A stretch of 64,000 bases of DNA from Candidatus Latescibacterota bacterium (GCA_965207885.1 OZ242311.1:5408001-5472000), one strand, 5' to 3'; counted from the first letter of the stretch, positions 8,977-19,509 are shown. Made by a program: numbers and translations. The notes: generated by a model not told the origin, from the sequence alone.

Positions 8977-10152
8977 TTAATGATGGAACAAACGCACCCC
9001 GGTCATAACCAGAAGCATACCGTATTCATCACAGGCTGCGATGACATCGTCGTCGCGCACTGACCCCCCGGTCTCAACCACGTATTTAACGCCCGTGCGA
9101 GCGGCGCGATCAATATTATCTCGAAAGGGAATAAACGCATCGGAACTGAGCACAATCTCGTCCATTTGTCCAATCCACCCTCGCCGCGCATCCTCCTCCA
9201 AAGGAGAAGGTACAGTATCGAAACAGGCTTCCCAAATCCGACGTTCCTCATCGGTCATATTGCCGCGCAAATAAGCTTCAATAGCGTTGATCTTTTCAGG
9301 GCGCTTCAGACCCCTTCTAAATTTGAAATTGAGAATATCTGGATGCTGGCGCAAATACCACGCTTCGGCCTTGCCCGCGGCAATCTCCGTACACGCCAGA
9401 CGATTTTGCTGTCCGGCACCATTGCCGATAACCTGTCCATCAAAGGCAAAACACATCGAATTGGATTGCGTGTACTTCAGAGCAATAGTCGCCAGGAGCA
9501 TATCGCGCTGTGCTTCGGGAGACACCTCTTTATTCTTTGTCACAATATTCGTTAAAATATCTGCATTAATGGCTTTGGTATTGCGCGTCTGTTCCAGAAC
9601 AACACCGAAAACATCGCGAGTCTCTGATCCAGCAGGTGCATATGATTCATCCACCTGAAGAATGGGATAACTGCCGCCTTTTTTCTTCTTGAGAATATCG
9701 AACGCCTCCGGTTGATACCCCGGAGCAATAATACCATCGGACACTTCGCGGCTGAGCAAGCGCGCAGTCGATTGATCCACCTCATCGCTTAAAGCCACCC
9801 AATCGCCAAAAGAAGAGAGCCTATCCGCACCCCGAGCGCGGGCATAAGCCGTAGCCAGAGGCGAAAGATCGAGATCATCGACAAAATACGCCCTTTGCAG
9901 CGCGTCGGAAATGGGAACCGCAACAGCAGCACCAGCAGGGCTTAAGTGCTTAAAAGAGGCAGCTGCCGGCAGACTGAGCACCTCTTTAAGCTCGCGCACG
10001 AGTTGCCAGGAATTGAGCGCATCGAGCAAGTTGATATAACCCGGCGCGCCATTGAGCACTGTGAAGGGCAATTTACCGCTGGGAGAGTACGCACGCGCAT
10101 CAGATTGATGCGGGTTGCAACCATAACGAAGAATCAGTCCATCTTGAGACAT
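8977..10152 (-). CDS. purH: AICAR formyltransferase (stand-alone PurH C-terminal domain type)
   Basis: LRYGCNPHQ, GYINLLDAL, ASFKHLSPAG, KYTQSNS, GAGQQNR, SSDAFIPFRD, GVRLFHH. No IMP cyclohydrolase N-domain. Confidence 0.9.
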   Translation of the reverse strand: MSQDGLILRYGCNPHQSDARAYSPSGKLPFTVLNGAPGYINLLDALNSWQLVRELKEVLSLPAAASFKHLSPAGAAVAVPISDALQRAYFVDDLDLSPLATAYARARGADRLSSFGDWVALSDEVDQSTARLLSREVSDGIIAPGYQPEAFDILKKKKGGSYPILQVDESYAPAGSETRDVFGVVLEQTRNTKAINADILTNIVTKNKEVSPEAQRDMLLATIALKYTQSNSMCFAFDGQVIGNGAGQQNRLACTEIAAGKAEAWYLRQHPDILNFKFRRGLKRPEKINAIEAYLRGNMTDEERRIWEACFDTVPSPLEEDARRGWIGQMDEIVLSSDAFIPFRDNIDRAARTGVKYVVETGGSVRDDDVIAACDEYGMLLVMTGVRLFHH

Positions 10153-10170
10153 AAGACAATCCTTTTAAAA

Positions 10171-10203
10171 ATAAAAAAGCCCAATCCTATAGCGGATTGA
10201 GCC
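10171..10203 (-). terminator. Intrinsic terminator of the ZTP riboswitch expression platform
   Basis: Minus strand GCTCAATCC-gctata-GGATTGGGC then TTTTTT; overlaps the aptamer 3' end. Confidence 0.8.
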
Positions 10204-10282
10204 CAGGCGATCGACCCCTTGAATTTTAGTTCTAACGCTCCCTTCCGGTTATTTCCGAATATTCGCCAGTTGCGTCAGATAC
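10200..10282 (-). ncRNA. ZMP/ZTP (pfl) riboswitch
   Basis: Minus strand CTGACGCAACTGGCGAA...GGGAGCGTTAG, linker, GGTCGATCGCCTGGGC fits the pfl consensus; directly upstream of the purH-like gene. Confidence 0.9.
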
Positions 10283-10320
10283 TATTGATAGAACCAATAT
10301 AACGGGAGACTACATATATG

Positions 10321-11541
10321 TCAACAGCCATCAGCCTGCCCTCTGTCCGCACCCGATACAATTTCCGTCGCACCTGTTTCAGTGGTCACAAAACAGAGCA
10401 ATTGCTCGGGATCAGCCAGGTCGAGAACAACGGGCGAATGCGTAGTGGTCAAAATTTGGGCACGCGCCCTGTCCTCGTGCTGTGCTACAGCACTGAATGC
10501 TTTGAAAACCGCTTCTACCGCGCCGGAATGGAGACCATTTTCCGGAACTTCGAGCAAACATATCCCATCGCCATCGGGCACATAAGCCAGCAATGTTAGA
10601 GCCAGCAATCGCAGGGTCCCATCGGACAACATCCACGACGGCGTCTCGAGATCATTGTGGTGCTTAACCACGAGATAGCAGTGCTGATCTTCGGGACGCA
10701 CAACCGTGTAAACAGTGGATAAACCCGGCAAAACAGTACGCAACAGCGCCAGCCAGGCCGCATGCCTGTCCGGCTCATTCACTTTCAGGTCAGCGACCAC
10801 CCAGGGCAGATTAGTACCATCGGACAACAGATTGCGCGGTTGTCCCGGCGGACTGGGACGACGAATGCGTTCTCCATTGAGATCGAATTTGTGAATACTA
10901 TTTGAAAGCGTGTGTTTGAGCCATGTAGCAACGGGAAAACGCGCTTCATCCTCGGGTAAATTGCCCAGTGCCGAACGCTTTGCGCCGAGCTTGAAAGAAG
11001 GATCCCATCCCGCACCGGATTCATCGTAAAATTTATCATTTCCACCAGGCACTTTATTCACAATGGTTTTGACGCCGCGCAGCCTGGGCGTCGACAGAGT
11101 TTGCGGTGTGGGACCCTCCACTGCAAAGAGCGACTCTTGAACAGCGCGGTCATCTCGCTGAATATCTGTGAGCAAAAGCACCCGCTCGGACAGAATCCCG
11201 ACATCACTATTTTCCTCAACCACGCCAATGGCGATTTCGTATCGACACCGCGAAAAATCCCGATCGGAAAACAGATTGGATTCGTGCACGGGTACAGCCA
11301 ATTCAACAGCGATTTCAAATCGATCTGCAAAACCGTGCCAGGTCAAATCGCGCAACTCACTCGCCCGACTGTAAATCGCTGCATCGAGGCCATCGCGCAC
11401 AAAATCCCCGAGAAACGCAATCGCGTCGAGAAAAGTCGTTTTGCCGCTGCCATTCGCACCAACCAGCATGTGAAAAGGCGCGAGATCCTGTTCAATATGA
11501 CGCAAACACTGATAATAAAGGGTTTCAAGACGCTGGATCAT
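10321..11541 (-). CDS. AAA_21/AAA_15-type ABC-like ATPase, possibly degenerate
   Basis: Walker A GANGSGKT, signature LSDGTLR, Walker B altered (LLEVPENGLH), TTHSP. Start MIQRLETL at 11541. Confidence 0.8.
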   Translation of the reverse strand: MIQRLETLYYQCLRHIEQDLAPFHMLVGANGSGKTTFLDAIAFLGDFVRDGLDAAIYSRASELRDLTWHGFADRFEIAVELAVPVHESNLFSDRDFSRCRYEIAIGVVEENSDVGILSERVLLLTDIQRDDRAVQESLFAVEGPTPQTLSTPRLRGVKTIVNKVPGGNDKFYDESGAGWDPSFKLGAKRSALGNLPEDEARFPVATWLKHTLSNSIHKFDLNGERIRRPSPPGQPRNLLSDGTNLPWVVADLKVNEPDRHAAWLALLRTVLPGLSTVYTVVRPEDQHCYLVVKHHNDLETPSWMLSDGTLRLLALTLLAYVPDGDGICLLEVPENGLHSGAVEAVFKAFSAVAQHEDRARAQILTTTHSPVVLDLADPEQLLCFVTTETGATEIVSGADRGQADGC

Positions 11542-11622
11542 GTGTGGCTCCTGTATTAAGTTAGGAGCATAGTACATGACAGAAAGAGAAGCGTCAAGAG
11601 CAAATCCATTGAGGGATCTCCT

Positions 11623-12357
11623 TTGCAATCCAAAAAAACAGTCTTAATCACCGGTGCAACAGACGGGATTGGCCGGGCACTTGCAGAAATCTATCGGACG
11701 CGAGAAGATAGGCTAGTACTGGTGGGCAGACGCCCACTGGACACACTCAATGATCCGTTATACACCAAAGACACATATTGTCGTACAGACCTATCGCAGG
11801 ACAAGTGTGCAGAACGGGTATGTGAATTTCTGAACGCGCAAAAAATCGACGCCATAGACCTGGCGATTCAAAATGCTGGCACCGGATATTTTGGACCTAT
11901 CGCAGAACAAAGCGCGGAAAGCATTCGGGAGATCACAGCAGTCAACCTGATGGCCCCCTTGCGCTTGACACACGCCCTGATGCCATACCTGAAAAAAACC
12001 AATGGAAAACTCGTAATGATCGGCTCAATCGCACATGCCTTCCCCTGTCCCGATTACGCCGTGTATGCAGCGAGCAAAGAAGCCCTCAACACACTGGGAC
12101 GCAATTTGCAAATCGAAGGCGACATAAATGTACAGATCATTCACCCGGGAGCGACGCGCACGGGCTTGCATCAAAAAATTGGCATAGACAGTAAAAAGAC
12201 AGAGGGATTTCCGTCTGCAGAAAGGGTCGCCCAAAAAATCACACAGGCGATAGATAGACAGCGTTTTATCGCGACAATTGGATGGAGAAATGCATGGGCG
12301 CGATTTTTGGGACGCTATTGCGAGGGCATGGTCAACGCCATAGTGCGAGCAACGTGA
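11623..12357 (+). CDS. Short-chain dehydrogenase/reductase
   Basis: ITGATDGIG, QNAG, YAASK. Confidence 0.9.
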   Translation: MQSKKTVLITGATDGIGRALAEIYRTREDRLVLVGRRPLDTLNDPLYTKDTYCRTDLSQDKCAERVCEFLNAQKIDAIDLAIQNAGTGYFGPIAEQSAESIREITAVNLMAPLRLTHALMPYLKKTNGKLVMIGSIAHAFPCPDYAVYAASKEALNTLGRNLQIEGDINVQIIHPGATRTGLHQKIGIDSKKTEGFPSAERVAQKITQAIDRQRFIATIGWRNAWARFLGRYCEGMVNAIVRAT

Positions 12358-13100
12358 AACACGCGGTCATTACAGGCGCGGCGCATGGAATCGGCAAAGC
12401 ACTTGCCCACCGCTTCGCACAGGCGGGATATGCCATAACGGGCGTGGATGTAGATGCCGCAGGCGCAGCGAAAGTCGAACGAGAATTAGCTGCGCGATTT
12501 GTCATTGCAGACCTGCGCTCAGAAGCGGACATCGCGCGCGTACTCCCCGAATTGCGCCAGAAAAAACCGATTGACGTATTGATACACAACGCGGGCATCA
12601 ACGCCGTGGGGCGATTCCCCGACATGAGCATAGAAGCTCAAGAACAACTGATCGCCGTGAACTTCTACGCACCGATGCGACTCACAGCGGCATTACTCAA
12701 AGCCGACCTGATCGCAAAAGGTGCGTCCATAGCCTTCATCTCCTCCCTTGCCCACTACACGAGCTATCCGGGTGCTGCAACTTATGCCGCGACCAAAAGC
12801 GGATTGGCCTCCTACGCACGCAGTTTATCCATCGCTCTCGTGCCGCAGAATATTCACATCATGACAGTCTTTCCCGGTCCAACGCGCACAGCCCATGCGC
12901 GGCGTCACAGCCCGCACAACACACGCGAAGAAAAACGCATGCCACCCGAAAAATTGGCGCACCACATCTTTCGAGGCATAAAAAAGAAAAAGCACCTGAT
13001 CGTACCAGGTGCTACCAATCGAATGCTCGCCCTCCTGGGCAAATGGTGTCCGCCTATGATGGAATATGCGATGCGTAAGATGATTTTGGAAAAGTTGTGA
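12354..13100 (+). CDS. Short-chain dehydrogenase/reductase
   Basis: ITGAAHGIG, HNAG, YAATK. GTG start overlaps the previous TGA. Confidence 0.9.
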   Translation: MKHAVITGAAHGIGKALAHRFAQAGYAITGVDVDAAGAAKVERELAARFVIADLRSEADIARVLPELRQKKPIDVLIHNAGINAVGRFPDMSIEAQEQLIAVNFYAPMRLTAALLKADLIAKGASIAFISSLAHYTSYPGAATYAATKSGLASYARSLSIALVPQNIHIMTVFPGPTRTAHARRHSPHNTREEKRMPPEKLAHHIFRGIKKKKHLIVPGATNRMLALLGKWCPPMMEYAMRKMILEKL

Positions 13101-13123
13101 GATCTTTTGACTCTTGACCTGCC

Positions 13124-13837
13124 CTACTCACACTTTTTCCCCACAAAAAAAGGACCCAGCGATTCGACATAAAGCGCGGTTTGCTGGGTCTTTCTCATAT
13201 CCTGCACAACGCGAGAGAGCGGATAGAGTTCTGCACCGATCAAACCAATGACAAAATCATTGTCATCGACATCGAGGCCATAGCTGGCCAGACGAATATC
13301 GTGCGCATAATCTTCGCGTCCATAAGCGCGTCCAATAGAAGCGTGCTCCATCAAAATTTTGCGCTGTTCCCTGTGATCGAGACGAGCAAAAGCCCCATTG
13401 CGACGCAGCGGGTACCAGATCGCCCAGGGCCATTCGGGATTGAGCACATTATCTCGCGGTCGGGTGATAAGGGCGTATTCGAGATCCGGCTCATAACCCG
13501 TGGCATACGTGCGCCCGAGCATCGTGAGTTCAGGACGGCGGGTACAGGCAGCGAATGGATCGCTATTGAGCAACGCACGAATATCCGTCACAAACAAATC
13601 CGGCGATTCCGTCAAAAAAACAACGCCAATGCCATAGGGATCTTGCACATCAAGATAGAGCGCAGCATCGAGATCACTTTGTTCCAGGGCTTGAGATACC
13701 GCACCAACATCCTTGACATCTGTGAAAACCTGCAACTGCATATAAAGCCGCCGATCACTCGTTTGCGGTTTCCCATCAGCAGGCGCACCGTGTTCGAGGA
13801 TATCGAGTTTTTCTTTTGATTCAGTAGAATGATGCAC
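13124..13837 (-). CDS. Chlorite dismutase family protein (coproheme decarboxylase-like)
   Basis: WYPLRR, ILMEHASIG, YGLDVDDNDFVIG, GPFFVG. Confidence 0.8.
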   Translation of the reverse strand: MHHSTESKEKLDILEHGAPADGKPQTSDRRLYMQLQVFTDVKDVGAVSQALEQSDLDAALYLDVQDPYGIGVVFLTESPDLFVTDIRALLNSDPFAACTRRPELTMLGRTYATGYEPDLEYALITRPRDNVLNPEWPWAIWYPLRRNGAFARLDHREQRKILMEHASIGRAYGREDYAHDIRLASYGLDVDDNDFVIGLIGAELYPLSRVVQDMRKTQQTALYVESLGPFFVGKKCE

Positions 13838-13965
13838 GTCTTCAGGCCTTCCATTGTGTGTGTTTTACTGCAAAACGCTTTTCATTTTCAACGCGGAAAG
13901 ATAGGGCTTGACCTCAAAAAGAGCAAGCCCCAGATCAGTGGATGAACGATTATCGCATCTGCGAA

Positions 13966-16167
13966 TCAAAAAAACGACAACTTGTAATGCGCTTTAAAAC
14001 TCCGCCCTGTTTCGGGCATCACGGATCGAATGCGCGAAAGATGATTGCGGTATTCCGTATCCAAAAGATTGTCCAAAGAGAGAATAATACTATGGCGGGT
14101 ATGGTCGGTATTAATGTCGCGCTGGGCATACACACCGAAAACAGCATAGCCATCCGTAGGCTCTTCAAATATATCCACACGCTCCTGTCGTGTAACAAAT
14201 TCCGCAGTCCCACCAACCGTAAGAAAGGGATGCTCATAAGTCGTACTTCCAACAAATTTGAACGGCGGAATCTCGGGCAGAGGCAAATGCTCATCCCGGT
14301 TCTCTCCACGCACATAACTGCCGTTCAATTCCAGATTCAAACGCGTATTCAAACGCCACCCCAGATGCATCTCCAGACCCAAAAATCGCGCAGCAACACC
14401 ATCGGCAGCGTAAATTGGCAGAAGTTGGGCAAAATTGATCTCTCCGGTATTGCGCGGGGCAATATAGGTATCAAACTCGTTCCAATATCCGCTCAAAACA
14501 AAATCGACGCCCGGTTGCAAATAGTGAAAAAAGACCTCAAAGCCCAGACTCGTTTCGGCCTCGAGATCGACATTGCCCACCTCAAAAGTGTAAGCAGCCA
14601 GATGCGGTCCATCGTTGTAAAGCTCTTCAATCGTGGGCACGCGCTGAGACCGGCTTAAGTTTAAACCTCCGGTCAGCCAATCAGTAAAGGACACAAGCGG
14701 GCTGATTGCCGCAGACCAGACGTGAAAGGTGCGATCTACATCGAGATCTGCAATGCTCTTTGTTCTTGGGCGCGGATCAAAGTCGGCATACGTATAACGC
14801 GCAGCAACCTGAAATTCGATGTGTCGATAGCTAAACTCGTGATAAAAACCAAGGTAAGCGTTTTGCTCTCGCGTGGGCGGCGTAAAAACAAACGCGCCCA
14901 ATTTGAGATGGTGGTGACCAAAGCCCAGGGACAGAACGGTATTTCGCGTCTGGCCCTGTGTGTTCATAAGCAATTTGAGATCACCGCGGTAGTCGTGGAA
15001 CAAAAACTCGGACCCAATATTACCGCTGGATTCGTACTCGAAGTGGTGATAGTAAGTCCTGGTAAAATCCACCTCTACACTACTGAACACCTGACGATCA
15101 AAATGGTATGCCGCCTTGCCATCAAATACCCGACGCTCAATATCCAGATCTACGCCATTGGGATGCCCGCCAATAAATCCACCGGGAATGCCGTATTGGG
15201 TCAAAAACTGATCAAAAGAAGCCCCGATATATCCCCGGTCAGTGGGATATGACAGACCGAGCGTATGCGTACGCGTTTCAATCGGTGTATTGGCGAGCCT
15301 ACCAATGGGGGTTTGCACATCTCGAGTATCGCGGTACGTGGTCTCGGCATACAGCGCAAGCGGCCCCACGGGCACTGTAATCCCAACGGCAGAGAGATAC
15401 CCCCGATTGACCGTCTCGCCATAAGCACCAACACTGCCAGAAACGCGCTGCGGATGGTATTCTGGAATCTTCTGTTTCACCACATTGATAACCCCACCAA
15501 TGGCCGATGCCGTGTGAAGCAGTATGCGCGGTCCCCGGATGATTTCGAGACGTTCTGAATTAAAAGGCTCAAGCGTAACAGCGTGATCGGCAGAAGTAGC
15601 GGAAAGATCGCGGGTCTCCATACCATCTATATTGATCTGCACGCGATCGCCACTAAGACCGCGTATAACCGGCCGAGCAGGTGCAGGTCCCATGCTGCGG
15701 ATGGCGACGCCGATTTCGTTTTTCATCGTCTCTGCAAGCGTGAGACTGTACTTCTTCTGAAGCTCATCTCCAGAAAGCACGCCAGTCGCTTCGTGCAATT
15801 CTTCAAAGCGGGTTTCCGCACTTTTCCCTACCACGTCAATGGTATCAATCTGGATCTCCCGGGCGACCATTTCGACGTACAGAATGGGCACTTTCTCATC
15901 CGAAACCCTTATTTCCCGACTCACCAATCCATACCCGACACGAAAAAAAGACAGACGATGAACGCCCTCCGGCAGATGAAAGATAAAACGGCCTCGTTCA
16001 TCGGTTGTCGTGCCCTCTGCGCCATCATTGACTTTGATATCAACATCGCCGATTGCGCGTTGGGTCTTGTGATCAAAAACATATCCCTCGAGCAATCGCG
16101 TCTCTTGAGATGCGCCGATCGCAAAAAAAAAGAACACAACAACCAAAAAAGAAGTCGTGAATCTCAA
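13966..16167 (-). CDS. TonB-dependent receptor, ZnuD-like, copy 1
   Basis: N-terminal carboxypeptidase-regulatory-like domain, RPVIRGLSGDRV, SADHAV, GPHLAAYTFEVG, YRNHLS, C-terminal F. TTG start after GGAG. Confidence 0.9.
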   Translation of the reverse strand: MRFTTSFLVVVFFFFAIGASQETRLLEGYVFDHKTQRAIGDVDIKVNDGAEGTTTDERGRFIFHLPEGVHRLSFFRVGYGLVSREIRVSDEKVPILYVEMVAREIQIDTIDVVGKSAETRFEELHEATGVLSGDELQKKYSLTLAETMKNEIGVAIRSMGPAPARPVIRGLSGDRVQINIDGMETRDLSATSADHAVTLEPFNSERLEIIRGPRILLHTASAIGGVINVVKQKIPEYHPQRVSGSVGAYGETVNRGYLSAVGITVPVGPLALYAETTYRDTRDVQTPIGRLANTPIETRTHTLGLSYPTDRGYIGASFDQFLTQYGIPGGFIGGHPNGVDLDIERRVFDGKAAYHFDRQVFSSVEVDFTRTYYHHFEYESSGNIGSEFLFHDYRGDLKLLMNTQGQTRNTVLSLGFGHHHLKLGAFVFTPPTREQNAYLGFYHEFSYRHIEFQVAARYTYADFDPRPRTKSIADLDVDRTFHVWSAAISPLVSFTDWLTGGLNLSRSQRVPTIEELYNDGPHLAAYTFEVGNVDLEAETSLGFEVFFHYLQPGVDFVLSGYWNEFDTYIAPRNTGEINFAQLLPIYAADGVAARFLGLEMHLGWRLNTRLNLELNGSYVRGENRDEHLPLPEIPPFKFVGSTTYEHPFLTVGGTAEFVTRQERVDIFEEPTDGYAVFGVYAQRDINTDHTRHSIILSLDNLLDTEYRNHLSRIRSVMPETGRSFKAHYKLSFF

Positions 16168-16185
16168 AACGAATCTCCAACAGAG

Positions 16186-16225
16186 AAAAAGCCCCCACCC
16201 TGTGTCTAAAAGACCGGGTGGGGGC
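16186..16225 (-). terminator. Intrinsic terminator-like hairpin between lipoprotein and receptor, copy 1
   Basis: GCCCCCACCC...GGGTGGGGGC followed by a T-run on the minus strand. Confidence 0.75.
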
Positions 16226-16235
16226 AAAGCAGTTA

Positions 16236-16724
16236 CTACCCTCCGACATGCACGGGAATGGGAATCGTGCGAAAATCCACATGATCGTCGTGCGTGACCT
16301 GGAGCTCAATCGTAGTTTCGCCTACCTTGAGACCCCGCAGGTGAAAATCAAACTTGCCGACATCGTCGGCATCCTGAACAACTTCCAAAACCGTGGGATC
16401 GGCAATCGCCCATGTAAATTTGAAATCCGGATCATCTGGCGGGTCAATCTCGTCGCCATCTTCATCCAGAAAACGGATGCTCCAGTGCGACGTTTCCTCA
16501 TTGAGAGGGGCGTCGAGATGATCTTTCCGACCACCGCTGGCATCAATCTGCCCTCGAAAATAGCGGAAAAAACGATTGCCCGAATCTATGATAACCAGAC
16601 CCTCGGGTTCGAAATGCTCTTCCTGGTGTGACGTGGGATCGTCACTACCACAACCGATCACAAAGAAAGTCAGAACTGCCACAGCGGCAAAGGTGCGTTG
16701 AAAAGATTTTCTTGCAAAAAACAT
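16236..16724 (-). CDS. His/acidic lipoprotein, putative metal-capture partner of the receptor, copy 1
   Basis: RBS AGGAG; lipobox VIGC; SHQEEHFEPEG and THDDHVDF motifs. Confidence 0.8.
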   Translation of the reverse strand: MFFARKSFQRTFAAVAVLTFFVIGCGSDDPTSHQEEHFEPEGLVIIDSGNRFFRYFRGQIDASGGRKDHLDAPLNEETSHWSIRFLDEDGDEIDPPDDPDFKFTWAIADPTVLEVVQDADDVGKFDFHLRGLKVGETTIELQVTHDDHVDFRTIPIPVHVGG

Positions 16725-16846
16725 GATAGTCTCCTGAATAAGCCCGCACGGGCAGAGAACACAGAGAGAGGTCCTCTCATGCCCGCACAAAAAGGCACAA
16801 AAATACAGAAAAATAATGCAAACTTTAGTATTGAGATATTCAGTAT

Positions 16847-17125
16847 TCAGAAGACTACTGGAGGGGATCGGCCCTGAGGCAAAAGGAAAAATTGGTAGGA
16901 TAATAATGTAGCGTTCGACAGAAAATAAAACCAATAGACATATAACGCGCGAAAAATAACTATGGCACTGATAAGACCACAAAAGCTATAAACCCAATAG
17001 CAAACGAGGCAATGGATGTCATGGTCAACATGGTCAACCGCATGCCCAAAGGCAAGGGCAAACGCGCCGATGAACAATAGGGCGATCAGCCTTTTAACGA
17101 GCGGGTGTCTGAGGTAGAGATTCAT
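16847..17125 (-). CDS. DUF2946/CruR-like leader peptide (His-rich, CxxC, RSPP), copy 1
   Basis: Hydrophobic N-terminus, HAVDHVDHDIHCLVC, C-terminal PQGRSPPVVF; motifs conserved in copy 2. Confidence 0.75.
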   Translation of the reverse strand: MNLYLRHPLVKRLIALLFIGAFALAFGHAVDHVDHDIHCLVCYWVYSFCGLISAIVIFRALYVYWFYFLSNATLLSYQFFLLPQGRSPPVVF

Positions 17126-17225
17126 TTTTAATACTATATGGGGCTATCTCGAGCAAACATTTTCTGCTACAAGTGGCGTTGATCTTTTTTGCCTCTTAAG
17201 TTTAAAGATAGAACTTGACGCCAAA

Positions 17226-17261
17226 AAGAGCAAGCCCCAGATCAGTCTGCTGGTCTGGGGC
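17226..17261 (-). terminator. Terminator hairpin after receptor copy 2
   Basis: GCCCCAGATCAG-tctg-CTGGTCTGGGGC with a downstream T-rich tract on the minus strand. Confidence 0.65.
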
Positions 17262-17293
17262 GTAGTAAGGTTTTAGGATAACTGACCGCTAAA

Positions 17294-19495
17294 TTAAAAG
17301 AAAAACATCTTGTAATGCATTTTAATACTCCGACCCGTTTCGGGCATCACGGATCGAATGCGCGAGAGATGGTTGCGGTATTCCGTATCCAAAAGGTTGT
17401 CCAAAGAGATAATAATACTATGGCGGGTATGATTGGTGTTAATGTCGCGCTGAGCATAGACACCAAAAACAGCATAGCCATCCGTAGGATCTTCAAATAT
17501 ATCCACGCGCTCCTGTCCTGCGACAAATTCCGCAGTCCCGCCAACCGTAAGATAAGGATGCTGATATGTCGTGCTTCCAACAAACTTGAGCGGTGGCATC
17601 TCGGGCAGAGGCAAATGCTCATCCCTGTTCTCTCCACGCACATAACTACCGTTCAATTCCAGATTCAAACGCGTATTCAAACGCCACCCCAGATGCATCT
17701 CCAGACCCAAAAATCGCGCGGCAACACCATCGGCAGCGTAAATCGGCAGAAGTTGGGCAAAATTGATCTCTCCGGTATTGCGCGGGGCAATATAGGTATC
17801 AAACTCGTTCCAATATCCGCTCAAAACAAAATCGAAACCCGGTTGCAGATAGTGAAAAAAGACCTCGAAGCCCAGGCTCGTTTCGGCCTCAAGATTGACA
17901 TTGCCCACTTCAAAAGTGTACGCAGCCAGATGCGGCCCATCGTTGTAAAGCTCTTCAATAGTAGGCTCCCGCTGGGATCGGCTGAAATTGAAACCGCCCG
18001 TTAGCTGATCGGTAATGTTCACAAGCGGACTGATTGCCGCAGACCAGGCGTGAAAGGTGCGACCTACACCGAGAGCCGCAATACTCCTTGTCGTCGGACG
18101 CGGATCAAAGTCGGCATACGTATAACGCGCAGCAGCCTGAAATTCAATGTCGCGATAAATAAATTCGTGGTAGAGACCTAATGAAGCGCATTGCTCTCGC
18201 GTGGGCGGCGTAAAAACAAAACCCCCCAATTTGAGGTTATGATGACCAAAGCCCAGGGACAGAACGGTATTTCGCGTCTGGCCCTGTGTGTTCATAAGCA
18301 ATTTGAGATCACCGCGGTAGTCGTGGAACAAAAACTCGGACCCAATACTGCCGCTGGATTCGTACTCGAAGTGGTGATAGAAGGTCCTGGTGAAATCCAT
18401 CTCTACACTACTGAGCACCTGACGATCAAAATGGAAGGCCGCCCTGCCATCAAACACCCGGCGATCAATATCCAGATCTACGCCATTGGGATGCCCACCA
18501 ATAAATCCACCGGGAATGCCGTATTGGGTATCGAACTGGTCAAAAGAGGCACCGATATATCCCCGGTCAGTGGGATATGACAGACCGAGCGTATGCGTGC
18601 GCGTGTCAATAGGTGTGTTGACAAGCCTGCCAATAGGCGTTTGCACATCCCGGGTATTGCGGTACGTAGTCTCGGCATACAGCGCGAGCGGCCCCACAGG
18701 CACTGTGATTCCAGCGGCAGAGAGATACCCTCTATTAACCGTCTCGCCATAAGCACCAACACTGCCAGAAACGCGCTGCGGATGGTATTCCGGAATTTTT
18801 TGTTTCACGACATTGATAACCCCACCAATGGCCGATGCCGTGTGAAGCAGTATGCGCGGTCCCCGAATAATTTCGAGACGTTCTGAATTAAAAGGCTCAA
18901 GCGTAACCGCGTGATCAGCAGAAGTAGCGGAAAGATCGCGGGTCTCCATACCATCTATATTGATCTGCACGCGATCGCCACTAAGACCGCGTATAACTGG
19001 TCGAGCAGGTGCAGGTCCCATGCTGCGGATGGCGACGCCGATTTCGTTTTTCATCGTCTCTGCAAGCGTGAGACTGTACTTCTTCTGAAGCTCATCTCCA
19101 GAAAGCACGCCAGTCGCTTCGTACAATTCTTCAAAGCGCGTCTCTGCGCTTTGGGCGACCACCTCAATGGTATCCGCAACAATTTCCCGGGCAATCATTT
19201 CGACGTACAGAATGGGCACTTTCTCATCCGAAACCCTTATTTCCCGACTCACCAATCCATACCCAACACGAAAAAAAGACAGACGATAAACACCCTGCGA
19301 CAGACGCAAGACAAAACGGCCCCGATCATCGGTTGTTGTACCCACCGCGTCATCATCGAGTATGATATCGACATTGTCAATTGTGCGTTGGGTCTTGTGA
19401 TCAAAAACATATCCCTCGAGCAATCGCGTCTCATCCGACGCGCTGATCGCGGAAAAGCAGACCACAAAAACGAGAATGAAGGCTGTAAATCTCAA
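17294..19495 (-). CDS. TonB-dependent receptor, ZnuD-like, copy 2
   Basis: Same motifs and same length (733 aa) as copy 1; TTG start after AGGAGG. Confidence 0.9.
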   Translation of the reverse strand: MRFTAFILVFVVCFSAISASDETRLLEGYVFDHKTQRTIDNVDIILDDDAVGTTTDDRGRFVLRLSQGVYRLSFFRVGYGLVSREIRVSDEKVPILYVEMIAREIVADTIEVVAQSAETRFEELYEATGVLSGDELQKKYSLTLAETMKNEIGVAIRSMGPAPARPVIRGLSGDRVQINIDGMETRDLSATSADHAVTLEPFNSERLEIIRGPRILLHTASAIGGVINVVKQKIPEYHPQRVSGSVGAYGETVNRGYLSAAGITVPVGPLALYAETTYRNTRDVQTPIGRLVNTPIDTRTHTLGLSYPTDRGYIGASFDQFDTQYGIPGGFIGGHPNGVDLDIDRRVFDGRAAFHFDRQVLSSVEMDFTRTFYHHFEYESSGSIGSEFLFHDYRGDLKLLMNTQGQTRNTVLSLGFGHHNLKLGGFVFTPPTREQCASLGLYHEFIYRDIEFQAAARYTYADFDPRPTTRSIAALGVGRTFHAWSAAISPLVNITDQLTGGFNFSRSQREPTIEELYNDGPHLAAYTFEVGNVNLEAETSLGFEVFFHYLQPGFDFVLSGYWNEFDTYIAPRNTGEINFAQLLPIYAADGVAARFLGLEMHLGWRLNTRLNLELNGSYVRGENRDEHLPLPEMPPLKFVGSTTYQHPYLTVGGTAEFVAGQERVDIFEDPTDGYAVFGVYAQRDINTNHTRHSIIISLDNLLDTEYRNHLSRIRSVMPETGRSIKMHYKMFFF

Positions 19496-19509
19496 AACAT
19501 ACCTCCTAT

